A stretch of DNA of 64,000 nucleotides from Patescibacteria group bacterium (GTDB lineage Bacteria; Patescibacteriota; Minisyncoccia; UBA6257; 1-14-0-10-40-38): NCBI GenBank assembly GCA_038064975.1, contig JBBTRX010000007.1, positions 59,026 through 123,025 of the forward strand. Reading direction: 5' to 3'. A program made the position numbers and the translations under genes. Under the pieces are notes generated by a model. The model was not told where the DNA came from. It ran no database searches and saw only the letters and a program-made list of their open reading frames with translations. Every line of letters begins with the position of its first letter. The first letter of the stretch is position 1. Shown here in pieces: positions 56,817 to 64,000 of this stretch.

Positions 56817-58013
56817 TTAGAACTGCCCTACAAGCTGATAAATAGGGACGATAATAGAGAGCGCGATCATCGCAACGACAAGACCGATAACTATAAGAAG
56901 TGCTGGCTCAATAAAAGCCACGAGAGTCTTCACTGATTCGTCAATTTCTTTTTCATAGAAATCGCTCAACGTTTGCAAAATATCATCAAGATGCCCCGCT
57001 TTCTCTGAAATGGCGATGAGGTTAGTCACAATAAGTGGGAGTGTCGTTTCTTTCTTAAACGCCTCTCCCAGAGTAATACCACGAGATACTCCTTCGCGAG
57101 CAACGCGCTGGAGGGACTTCTCTAACCGATCATCGCCCACTGCACTCGCCGTTGTTTCTAGCGCCTCAAGAATGGGGAGTCCTGATTTCAAGAGCGCAGA
57201 AAGTGTGCCTGCAAATCGCTGAAGAGCCAGCTTTTGAGTAACATTTTTAACAAGAGGGGTTTTACGCAGAAACATTCGAAAAACCCGTTTCCCTGTATTT
57301 GTTCTAAAAAAGAAAAATCCGATAGTGATCAACGCCACGCCAGATCCTAGAAAAATCCAAACATATTTCCCAACAAAAAGACCGACTCCAAAAACGATGC
57401 GCGAGAAGATAGGCGGTTCTACACCCCCACCAGAAAAGACATCCGCAATTTTTGGCAACGCAAATGTAACTAAAAAAGTAAGAATGCCGATTGCCATAAC
57501 AACAAGTATGACGGGGTAAATAAAAGCGGCTTTCAGTTTACCCTGCAACTCACCCTCTTTTTCCAGAGATTTATTTAAATCATCCAGAGTTCTATCAAGA
57601 CCGCCGGAGGATTCTCCCGCCTTCAAGAGACTTACGAATACCGGAGAGAAATACTGCGGATATTGTGCGAAGGTTGCATGGAACGGTTTTCCCCGTTCAA
57701 GACCGCTCCTGATTTCAAGCAAGAGATTTTTAACTCCGGGCTTATTAAAATCTTCAATCAAAATATCAATTGCTTTAAAAAGATCAGTACCTACTCGCAA
57801 CATCAATCCAAGATACTTAGTAAGAAATATTTTGTCCGTGAGAGTTATTTTTCCACCACTCTTCTTGTTACCTATCGCCTCAAACGTATGAACCGAAATA
57901 GGACGAAGACCTTTACTCCCTAGAAATTGAAGCACCTGACTTTGATTGTCGGCGTCAATACTTCCTTCCACTATTTTTCCGTCCGGTTGATATGCACTGT
58001 AGCGAAATCGCAT
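56817..58013 (-). CDS. pilC: Type IV pilus platform protein PilC (GspF family)
   Basis: Two T2SSF repeats, three TM helices; about 400 aa. Confidence 0.8.
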   Translation of the reverse strand: MRFRYSAYQPDGKIVEGSIDADNQSQVLQFLGSKGLRPISVHTFEAIGNKKSGGKITLTDKIFLTKYLGLMLRVGTDLFKAIDILIEDFNKPGVKNLLLEIRSGLERGKPFHATFAQYPQYFSPVFVSLLKAGESSGGLDRTLDDLNKSLEKEGELQGKLKAAFIYPVILVVMAIGILTFLVTFALPKIADVFSGGGVEPPIFSRIVFGVGLFVGKYVWIFLGSGVALITIGFFFFRTNTGKRVFRMFLRKTPLVKNVTQKLALQRFAGTLSALLKSGLPILEALETTASAVGDDRLEKSLQRVAREGVSRGITLGEAFKKETTLPLIVTNLIAISEKAGHLDDILQTLSDFYEKEIDESVKTLVAFIEPALLIVIGLVVAMIALSIIVPIYQLVGQF

Positions 58014-58066
58014 GCATTAATTAACTATAAACAATGGATAATGGACAATAAACGATGATGGATAAT

Positions 58067-58429
58067 CTACAGACTCTTTGCTCTTTTTTTTAATCCTCCC
58101 ATCTGCCTTGAGACGCTGTTCAGTTGTTCTACTATTCCAGCAAATTCCTGTTCGGTTATAAGTTTATTATAACGGAAAATATCAACTCCAGCTAATGTTT
58201 CATAGAGAGACCCTTGAGCTATATCAATAAAACGACAAAATTCTTTATGTGAGCTTCTACCGCTTCCTTCGGCAATATTTAATGTTATGGAAAAAGCAGA
58301 TCTAATTAGTTGATTGCCAAGTATAAAACGATATTCTTGGGGCAATTCTTTTACTATTCGCAATATTACAAGAGATAATTCTCGCGATTCTTGATATACC
58401 GGCCATTTAAGAAAGCCGAACTTCTCCAT
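58067..58429 (-). CDS. Four-helix-bundle protein (TIGR02436, '23S rRNA intervening-sequence protein' family)
   Basis: LGNQLIRSAFSITLNIAEGSGRSSHKEFCRFIDIAQGSLYETL matches the family core (NIAEG.GR.S..EF..F..IA.GSL.E). Confidence 0.75.
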   Translation of the reverse strand: MEKFGFLKWPVYQESRELSLVILRIVKELPQEYRFILGNQLIRSAFSITLNIAEGSGRSSHKEFCRFIDIAQGSLYETLAGVDIFRYNKLITEQEFAGIVEQLNSVSRQMGGLKKRAKSL

Positions 58430-58464
58430 TGTTCATTATTTATTATCTATTGTTTATTATTTTT

Positions 58465-60183
58465 CTATTCTCGAATAACTCGAAGCACTTCTTCCAGAGT
58501 CGTCATGCCGCGCTCTGCTTTTTTTAGTCCGTCTTCAAACATTGAAATATATCCTGATGCTCGGGCAATTTCTTTCATCTTATCAAGGGTAAATTGCGTT
58601 CCAACGATGTATTTACGCACATCTTCAGTAACATTCAGAATTTCATGAATACCCATACGGCCGCGGTATCCGGAATGATTACATGAATTACATCCTTGCC
58701 CTCTAAACATTGTTTTTGGAATGATATAGGACACATCAAGCTTTAATTCCTTTAACTGCCTCTTTAATGATTCTTCAATATCGGGCGATATTTTATAGGA
58801 CGTAATGCACGACATGCAAATTCTGCGTACAAGACGCTGTGCCATGATCATATTCAAAACTGCCGCAACCAAAAACGGAGCGATGTGTAAGTCAATTAAA
58901 CGCGGGATGGTCGTCGGAGCGTCGTTTGTGTGGAGCGTTGAAAGCACTAAGTGTCCGGTAAGCGCCGAGTGTACGGAGATTTCTGCTGTTTCTTCATCTC
59001 TAATTTCTCCCACCATGATGACGTTTGGATCTTGGCGAAGAATTGCGCGAAGTCCATTAGCAAAAGTAATACCTGCTTGCACATTAACTTGAGTCTGATT
59101 TACATATTTCATGTAATATTCAACCGGGTCTTCAACAGTAACAATATTTACCTCAGGTCGGTTCAGTGCATTTAAAATAGAATAAAGCGTAGTCGTTTTT
59201 CCTGAGCCTGTCGGGCCGGTTACCAAAATCATGCCGAAGGTTTTTTTCGCATTGTCTCGAATGAGTGCAATATTTTCTTGCGAAATACCAAGCTCTTCAA
59301 AAGACATTGGGCGTTCGCTTGCCGATAGCAAGCGCATTTCTACCTTTTCCCCATAAAATGTCGGCATTACAGAAACACGAAGGTCGATCATGTCGTGTCC
59401 CACCCGATGGCGAAACCGGCCGTCCTGCGGCTTATAGTGTTCGTCTAATTTCATTCCAGAGAGTAATTTAAAACGTGCTGCGATAGCCGCGTGCACTTCC
59501 CGGGGCATGCGCATGACTTCACGCAAGATGCCGTCAATACGAAAACGAACAAGAATATCGTTTTCTAAAACCTCCAAATGCACGTCAGAGGCTCGAACCG
59601 CCATGGCGTATGAAACCAGATTGTCTGTAAGCTGAACAACAGGAAGGTCGGTAGCCGCTTCTTGTGCCTCCTTCTCACCAATACGCGCGCGCATTGATGC
59701 CTGAATGTTATCGTCAATTGTTTTTCTAAAATTCTCTGTAATCGTTTCCGCGTAAAATGTCAGTCCTCGGTTAAAATCGTCTTGTGTAGCAAGAAATGGT
59801 TTTATTTTTGATTTGAAGCGATTCGTTAAAAATTCAATCGCCACCAAATCATTCGGATCCAGCATCGCGACTTGAAGCGCACCATCCTGTTCCCTTCCGA
59901 AAAGAATTATTCCTTTTTGGCGAGCAACATCTTCAGGGAGTAATTTTAAAACATTATCATCAATTTTCCTTCCTTTTTCAAAGTTTGCAAGTTCAATACC
60001 ATAAAACCGAGCCGCAATGCCATAGTAATACTCTTCGGTAATTGCGTTCTGTTCCAAGAGAATAGAAGCAACTCCACGATTCATACGGCGAGAATCTTGT
60101 AATGCAACCTGAAATTTCTCTTCCGTAACAAGATTGTCTTGTAAAAGCAGTTTTTTAAATTCTTGTTCAGGAATCTGTAACAT
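58465..60183 (-). CDS. pilB: Type IV pilus assembly ATPase PilB (GspE family)
   Basis: N-terminal GSPII_E_N domain. Walker A GPTGSGKTTTLYS. Asp box, Walker B. Tetracysteine CMSC...CNSC. Confidence 0.9.
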   Translation of the reverse strand: MLQIPEQEFKKLLLQDNLVTEEKFQVALQDSRRMNRGVASILLEQNAITEEYYYGIAARFYGIELANFEKGRKIDDNVLKLLPEDVARQKGIILFGREQDGALQVAMLDPNDLVAIEFLTNRFKSKIKPFLATQDDFNRGLTFYAETITENFRKTIDDNIQASMRARIGEKEAQEAATDLPVVQLTDNLVSYAMAVRASDVHLEVLENDILVRFRIDGILREVMRMPREVHAAIAARFKLLSGMKLDEHYKPQDGRFRHRVGHDMIDLRVSVMPTFYGEKVEMRLLSASERPMSFEELGISQENIALIRDNAKKTFGMILVTGPTGSGKTTTLYSILNALNRPEVNIVTVEDPVEYYMKYVNQTQVNVQAGITFANGLRAILRQDPNVIMVGEIRDEETAEISVHSALTGHLVLSTLHTNDAPTTIPRLIDLHIAPFLVAAVLNMIMAQRLVRRICMSCITSYKISPDIEESLKRQLKELKLDVSYIIPKTMFRGQGCNSCNHSGYRGRMGIHEILNVTEDVRKYIVGTQFTLDKMKEIARASGYISMFEDGLKKAERGMTTLEEVLRVIRE

Positions 60184-60207
60184 ATCTTAAATATCAAATC
60201 TAATATC

Positions 60208-60576
60208 TCAAATCTTCCCTTTCCCTCTCATAGTTATGATACTTGATGCTAAAATTTTTGCTATCTCTACGGTTTCCTTTAATAATTCTTCCGACTCCTT
60301 ATTATCGCATTTTTGAGCGTCTTTTATAAGATGAATCCAGAATTCTGACTCATTAGCTGATTTTAAAGCATGATTATAAAAATTGATGTAATCTTTCTTA
60401 GAACTGGCTGACTTAGCTTCAAAAATATTCGCCGCCACTGAAGTACCACTACGCAATAATTGATTAGTGAGTACTCCTGATGAGGAATCTTTTCTTATTT
60501 TTTCAACGAATATAACGATATTGAGAGCATATGTATACAATCTTTTATAAAAATCATCTTTACTAAATTCTGACAT
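60208..60576 (-). CDS. Four-helix-bundle protein (TIGR02436 family), second copy
   Basis: LTNQLLRSGTSVAANIFEAKSASSKKDYINFYNHALKSANESEFWI has the same family core. Divergent paralog of 58067..58429. Confidence 0.7.
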   Translation of the reverse strand: MSEFSKDDFYKRLYTYALNIVIFVEKIRKDSSSGVLTNQLLRSGTSVAANIFEAKSASSKKDYINFYNHALKSANESEFWIHLIKDAQKCDNKESEELLKETVEIAKILASSIITMRGKGKI

Positions 60577-60634
60577 AAAAGATCATATTTTGAATTAAGC
60601 TGTAGATTTGAGATTTAAGATCCGAGATTTGCTA

Positions 60635-61234
60635 TTAGAACCTAAAACTCGCCCACCATCCTTGATTGCCCGCCCATAAAGCAACTAAAAGAGTAGTGAT
60701 TATCGCAGAAGGCATCCAGAAGTAGTAGAGCGGTAATCGTTCGTTCTTTTTTACAAGAAGCGCAGAACTAATAGCGGCAAGGAGAAGAACTAAAACTATA
60801 TAGAAAAGAAAAGCAGGATATCCGGTTATGAGAATACCAAGCGCAATAATATAAAGCTCGTCGTGTTCAAAATGGACTTGTCCGCGCTTTTTATCTAAAT
60901 ACGCCGAAACCCAAAAGAGAAGCAATGCAACGATGAATGAGACGAGGTACGTATTCCAAAAATGGAATCGGGCGTAGCTGAAAAAGTACTTCAAACCATC
61001 CACCGTACCGATCGTATATGAGAGTGGACCGCTTTGAAATGCCTGATATTGGAAATAAGATAGTATTCCTGCATAGCTAAAAAGAAGTAGAGCAGTTAAC
61101 CAAAAAATTGGTTTAATAGTTTTAAGTAAAAGCTCACGTTTTTGAAACTGTAAGAAAAAAACAATGCTCGGTATTACAATAGTGGAAACAGGAATAATAT
61201 AAGGCATCACATTCATATAGTTAAATAATATCAC
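60635..61234 (-). CDS. Polytopic membrane protein in the pilus operon (function unknown)
   Basis: Six or seven TM helices. No recognisable A24 prepilin-peptidase Asp motifs. Confidence 0.35.
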   Translation of the reverse strand: MILFNYMNVMPYIIPVSTIVIPSIVFFLQFQKRELLLKTIKPIFWLTALLLFSYAGILSYFQYQAFQSGPLSYTIGTVDGLKYFFSYARFHFWNTYLVSFIVALLLFWVSAYLDKKRGQVHFEHDELYIIALGILITGYPAFLFYIVLVLLLAAISSALLVKKNERLPLYYFWMPSAIITTLLVALWAGNQGWWASFRF

Positions 61235-61303
61235 ATTTCATAAGTGAAGGAACAAAAAAACAACCCAGCAAAGCCGGATTGTTTTTTTGTTAGAAATCAA
61301 CGA

Positions 61304-61873
61304 TTAGAGATTTAAACCTGGATCGGTTCCAATTTCATACCAGCAGGTTGCATCAACGAATGTACCAGTGCAAGTATTGTCATCTCCTCCATCGTTTTGC
61401 ATTAAGGCACGGTGTTTTTCAGATTCAAGACGAGCATTCAATTCAAACGTTTTTGCCGAATTATTACCAGCATAGGCAAAGTAATAGTTACCAGTATTTG
61501 TTGGATCAATAGGAAGTGTGGAAAGAGTAGATCCTCCAGATGTTCCGTTAAGATCTACAGCAAGCCATCCTGATCCACCAACCGTTCGTAAAACGTTAGC
61601 TAGTGGTGTTGTGCATGCACCGCCGCTAAATCCACTCACAATACCCAGGGTACAAAAAGGACCTGGTGTAAAAGTAACTGTTGTTGAAGCAGTTGCGAGT
61701 AAAAGCCCAACCGCTGACTGCACCGAACCTAAATCAGAGATTCTTTGCGTATCTCGAGATTCTTGCAAAATTTGCGCTGGGTTCAAAACCAAAACGACAG
61801 TTGTCGCGAGAATTGCAAGAATACCAATAACGATAAGAAGCTCAATAAGAGTAAAACCTTTCTTTGCTATCAT
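61304..61873 (-). CDS. Type IV major pilin (PilA-like)
   Basis: MIAKKGFTLIELLIVIGILAILA prepilin motif. Gly/Thr-rich globular domain with two Cys pairs. Confidence 0.8.
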   Translation of the reverse strand: MIAKKGFTLIELLIVIGILAILATTVVLVLNPAQILQESRDTQRISDLGSVQSAVGLLLATASTTVTFTPGPFCTLGIVSGFSGGACTTPLANVLRTVGGSGWLAVDLNGTSGGSTLSTLPIDPTNTGNYYFAYAGNNSAKTFELNARLESEKHRALMQNDGGDDNTCTGTFVDATCWYEIGTDPGLNL

Positions 61874-62161
61874 TTTTTTAATTATGTATTAAATATATTC
61901 GACTGAATAATCACTTATTTTTCATTGTATCGACCAGCTGGTTGTCTCTAACGCTACCTTACTAGTATACAGAATTCTGGCTGTTTCGGTAGTAAAAGAG
62001 CTGTGGATAATATATCGCTCGCATTCTTTTCAAAAAGTTATAAGAGCTGCTCGTACACTCTTAAAAGAGCTATAAGAATGACCTTTTTAAAGAGTGTACT
62101 CGCTTAGATTACGATTAGTTTTGAAAAAAGAATACTCGCTTCTAGTGACGTAAGTTGTTAG

Positions 62162-62539
62162 TTATTTTTTAATGTAACTCCCCACCTTATTAGCAAGATC
62201 GTCTATGGAAATACGGGCTTTTACAAAATAATCAACAACTCCCAATTCTCTCCCTCGTTCCATATCGCTTTCTTGGCCTAAATTGGAAATGACAACGACA
62301 GGAATATTTACTTTATTTTGGAGTTGCGGATCTGCTTTTAATTCTTCCAATACTTCAAAACCTGATTTTCCGGGAAGAATAAGGTCTAACAAAATGATAT
62401 CCGGAGTATTATTTCGCAACGCTTCAATTGCTTCATTGCCGTCATGCGCAACTATAATTTCATATCCGTCTTTTTCAAGACGGTTTTTCAGCAATGATGA
62501 AAGAAATTTGTCGTCCTCTACAAGAAGTACTTTAGCCAT
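62162..62539 (-). CDS. Single-domain response regulator (CheY/PilH-like) heading the pilus operon
   Basis: KVLLVEDDKFL...LLDLILPGKSGFEV...VISNLG. Confidence 0.75.
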   Translation of the reverse strand: MAKVLLVEDDKFLSSLLKNRLEKDGYEIIVAHDGNEAIEALRNNTPDIILLDLILPGKSGFEVLEELKADPQLQNKVNIPVVVISNLGQESDMERGRELGVVDYFVKARISIDDLANKVGSYIKK

Positions 62540-62649
62540 ATGTATTTATAATACCATAATGTGTTGTGCTCAATTATTGTTGCATGTTGAAAATTTGTAT
62601 ATGAACTCGTATTCTTAGTATTAGCACGTTCTCGCGAAGGAGGCACGAC

Positions 62650-62841
62650 GTGACGAAACGTAAGAAAGTCATCGCAAACCGACAAAACAGTCCCAAGAAG
62701 AAACGAGATCGTTCTCGAAGAACTCGCAAAGAAATTGAAGCATTTTGGAAGGGAGTTGTTGATAAATTATGCGAAGGCATTGACGAGAGTACTCGCCTTA
62801 CTGCAAAAGATTACAACATCACCATCAATTATCGGGAGTAG
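62650..62841 (+). CDS. Small basic hypothetical protein (GTG start)
   Basis: AAGGAGG SD 7 nt upstream of the GTG. Bidirectional terminator directly after the stop. Confidence 0.45.
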   Translation: MTKRKKVIANRQNSPKKKRDRSRRTRKEIEAFWKGVVDKLCEGIDESTRLTAKDYNITINYRE

Positions 62842-62844
62842 AAA

Positions 62845-62880
62845 ACCAAAGAAGACCCTTGCGGGGGTCTCTTTTTATTA
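62845..62880. terminator. Bidirectional hairpin terminator
   Basis: GAAGACCCTTGCGGGGGTCTC flanked by A/T runs. Serves the plus-strand small gene and the minus-strand 16S. Confidence 0.55.
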
Positions 62881-63165
62881 TTACCTAACTATGAGTGCTT
62901 GCCTTACAGTTGCCCCAATCTTACGCGGTCCGACAAATGCCGAACTGACGCATCGTGACTTTAAGGCTCCACGACGAACACCTTCAAATGAAAATGAATC
63001 GACACCGACTATTCTCTTTAAAAAAGAAGAATAATCAAAGTTTAATTGATCCACGAGCAGCTTCCGCTACCCGTGCCTTGTTACGACTTAGCCCTTGTCA
63101 CCGAACCTACCCTAATCCAGCAAGCTGAACTTTAGGTATTCCCGGCTTCCTTGACTTGACGGGCG

Positions 63166-63700
63166 AATATTTTCTCAAAAACTGAGAATGAATGTTCCCA
63201 CTGCACAGACGGATTTCCCGTATGCAGCGAGCTCAATGCATCGTTTGCTTTAATGTGAGCAAGCTTTGTAAGCCTGAGTCGGTAAGATGTTCCCCTTCTT
63301 TGATTGCATCCATAATTTCGCAGAAAACTTTGAAATCATGCCTCTTAGATGGAAAACGTAACGGATATTTCTTGAAAAACGGAATAATAATGTTTTCCAA
63401 GTCTTTCCGATTAGCGACTTCAAACCGGTAGCAATGCTGGTGATTTTTTCTACTATCTTTCTGGAAATATACATTTCCACACTGGAAAAAATCTTTTACA
63501 GCATCAAGGACTGTCTTGTCTTTTTCTACCAGCTTGATATAGAACCGTGGTTCTATTCTTGCTCGCCTGATTCGTTCCGTAGATTCATTGATATTGCGAA
63601 CATACGCAGTAAAGCTTCCTTCGCCATCAACTAATCCAACGATATAATCAGGATTAAACATTGTATTGAGTGAGGGCCTTCTTCCGACCTTATATCGGAA
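63166..63700 (-). mobile_element. Intron-like insertion (probable group I intron) in 16S near E. coli position ~1395; 5' boundary uncertain
   Basis: Canonical 16S sequence resumes at CGCCCGUCA (plus 63165 downward). The insertion contains a complete LAGLIDADG ORF. Confidence 0.5.
63233..63661 (-). CDS. LAGLIDADG homing endonuclease (single-motif, I-CreI-like size)
   Basis: N-terminal YIVGLVDGEGSF LAGLIDADG motif; 142 aa. Confidence 0.75.
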   Translation of the reverse strand: MFNPDYIVGLVDGEGSFTAYVRNINESTERIRRARIEPRFYIKLVEKDKTVLDAVKDFFQCGNVYFQKDSRKNHQHCYRFEVANRKDLENIIIPFFKKYPLRFPSKRHDFKVFCEIMDAIKEGEHLTDSGLQSLLTLKQTMH

Positions 63701-64000
63701 TACTATGCCTCAGCTGACTTCTGACGCTGCGTTAGTTTTTATGATACCACGGCATCTTGCCATGGACAGCCATCAGATCTCCACAGGTCACGTAATATAC
63801 TATTCCAAACATCCGAGACGAACCTTTTCCCGTGATCTTCCTTATCCTCACCGCCCACTGATAAGTCGATCGATTCTCCGCGTGTTGCGGATACGTCTTG
63901 GCTGTTTTTTGCCGACAGATCCTCCATCTCGCCCCTTCACAGAGGCGGACTATCTTTGGCTACGCTCCGACTAGACTTCATCGGAGGAGTGGATTCAAAC

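Larger units (their letters stand above)
63040..64000 (-). rRNA. 16S rRNA gene, 3' domain (partial, runs off the window), interrupted by an insertion carrying a LAGLIDADG ORF
   Basis: Minus strand has CGCCCGUCAAGUCA (E. coli ~1400 region) ... AAGUCGUAACAAGG ... helix 45 CGGGUAGC-GGAA-GCUGCUCG ... GGAUCA (plus 63047-63052). Upstream of CGCCCGUCA the universal UUGUACACAC is replaced by about 500+ nt of insertion. Further 16S-like blocks (AUGAAGUC; AUGCCGUGGUAUCAU ~ AUGCCACGGUGAAUAC) are seen at 63.7-64.0 kb. Confidence 0.6.

Noticed and set aside
60635-61234. Membrane protein in the pilus operon as prepilin peptidase (PilD)
   Set aside because: Position fits, but the conserved catalytic Asp pair / GGGDVK-like box is not visible. 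Left as unknown membrane protein.
63666-64000. Possible 23S rRNA (sarcin-ricin-like GGAGGAGUGGA string) at the right end
   Set aside because: Resemblance to the 23S SRL region is weak and on the wrong strand relative to the clear 16S blocks. Minus-strand reading fits 16S 3'-domain segments better.

Overview
Visibly AT-rich bacterial chromosomal segment with GC-richer islets. It looks like a Candidate Phyla Radiation (Patescibacteria/Parcubacteria-like) genome; this is inference from gene content only.

Main contents:
- Two stable-RNA genes interrupted by homing-endonuclease insertions. A tRNA-Asn(GUU) at 871..1493 (-) carries a 551-nt group I intron with an HNH ORF. The 3' part of a 16S rRNA gene (63.0-64.0 kb, -) carries a LAGLIDADG-ORF insertion and runs off the window.
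- A long minus-strand type IV pilus locus (52.5-62.5 kb): fused pilM/pilN, minor and major pilins, pilC, pilB, a Trp-repeat cysteine-rich exoprotein, and two TIGR02436-like four-helix-bundle genes flanking pilB.
- A minus-strand PNAG-like exopolysaccharide locus (21.7-29.9 kb): GT2 synthase, CE4 deacetylases and four paralogous jelly-roll lectin-like modules.
- A run of secreted cell-wall enzymes (L,D-transpeptidase, C39-like peptidase, M23 peptidase) and a 1080-aa beta-helix/FN3/PG-binding surface protein.
- Two-component and PAS signalling genes, including a near-perfect 381-bp tandem duplication.
- Housekeeping genes: tsaC, obg, eno, pgi, tgt, nth, ftsA-ftsZ, ybeY, rpsU, hisS, lepB, pth.
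- GC-rich islets at 10.8-11.8 kb and 31.1-31.3 kb, and a repeat-flanked ftsA-ftsZ spacer.

All calls come from reading the translations and DNA by eye; no searches were run.
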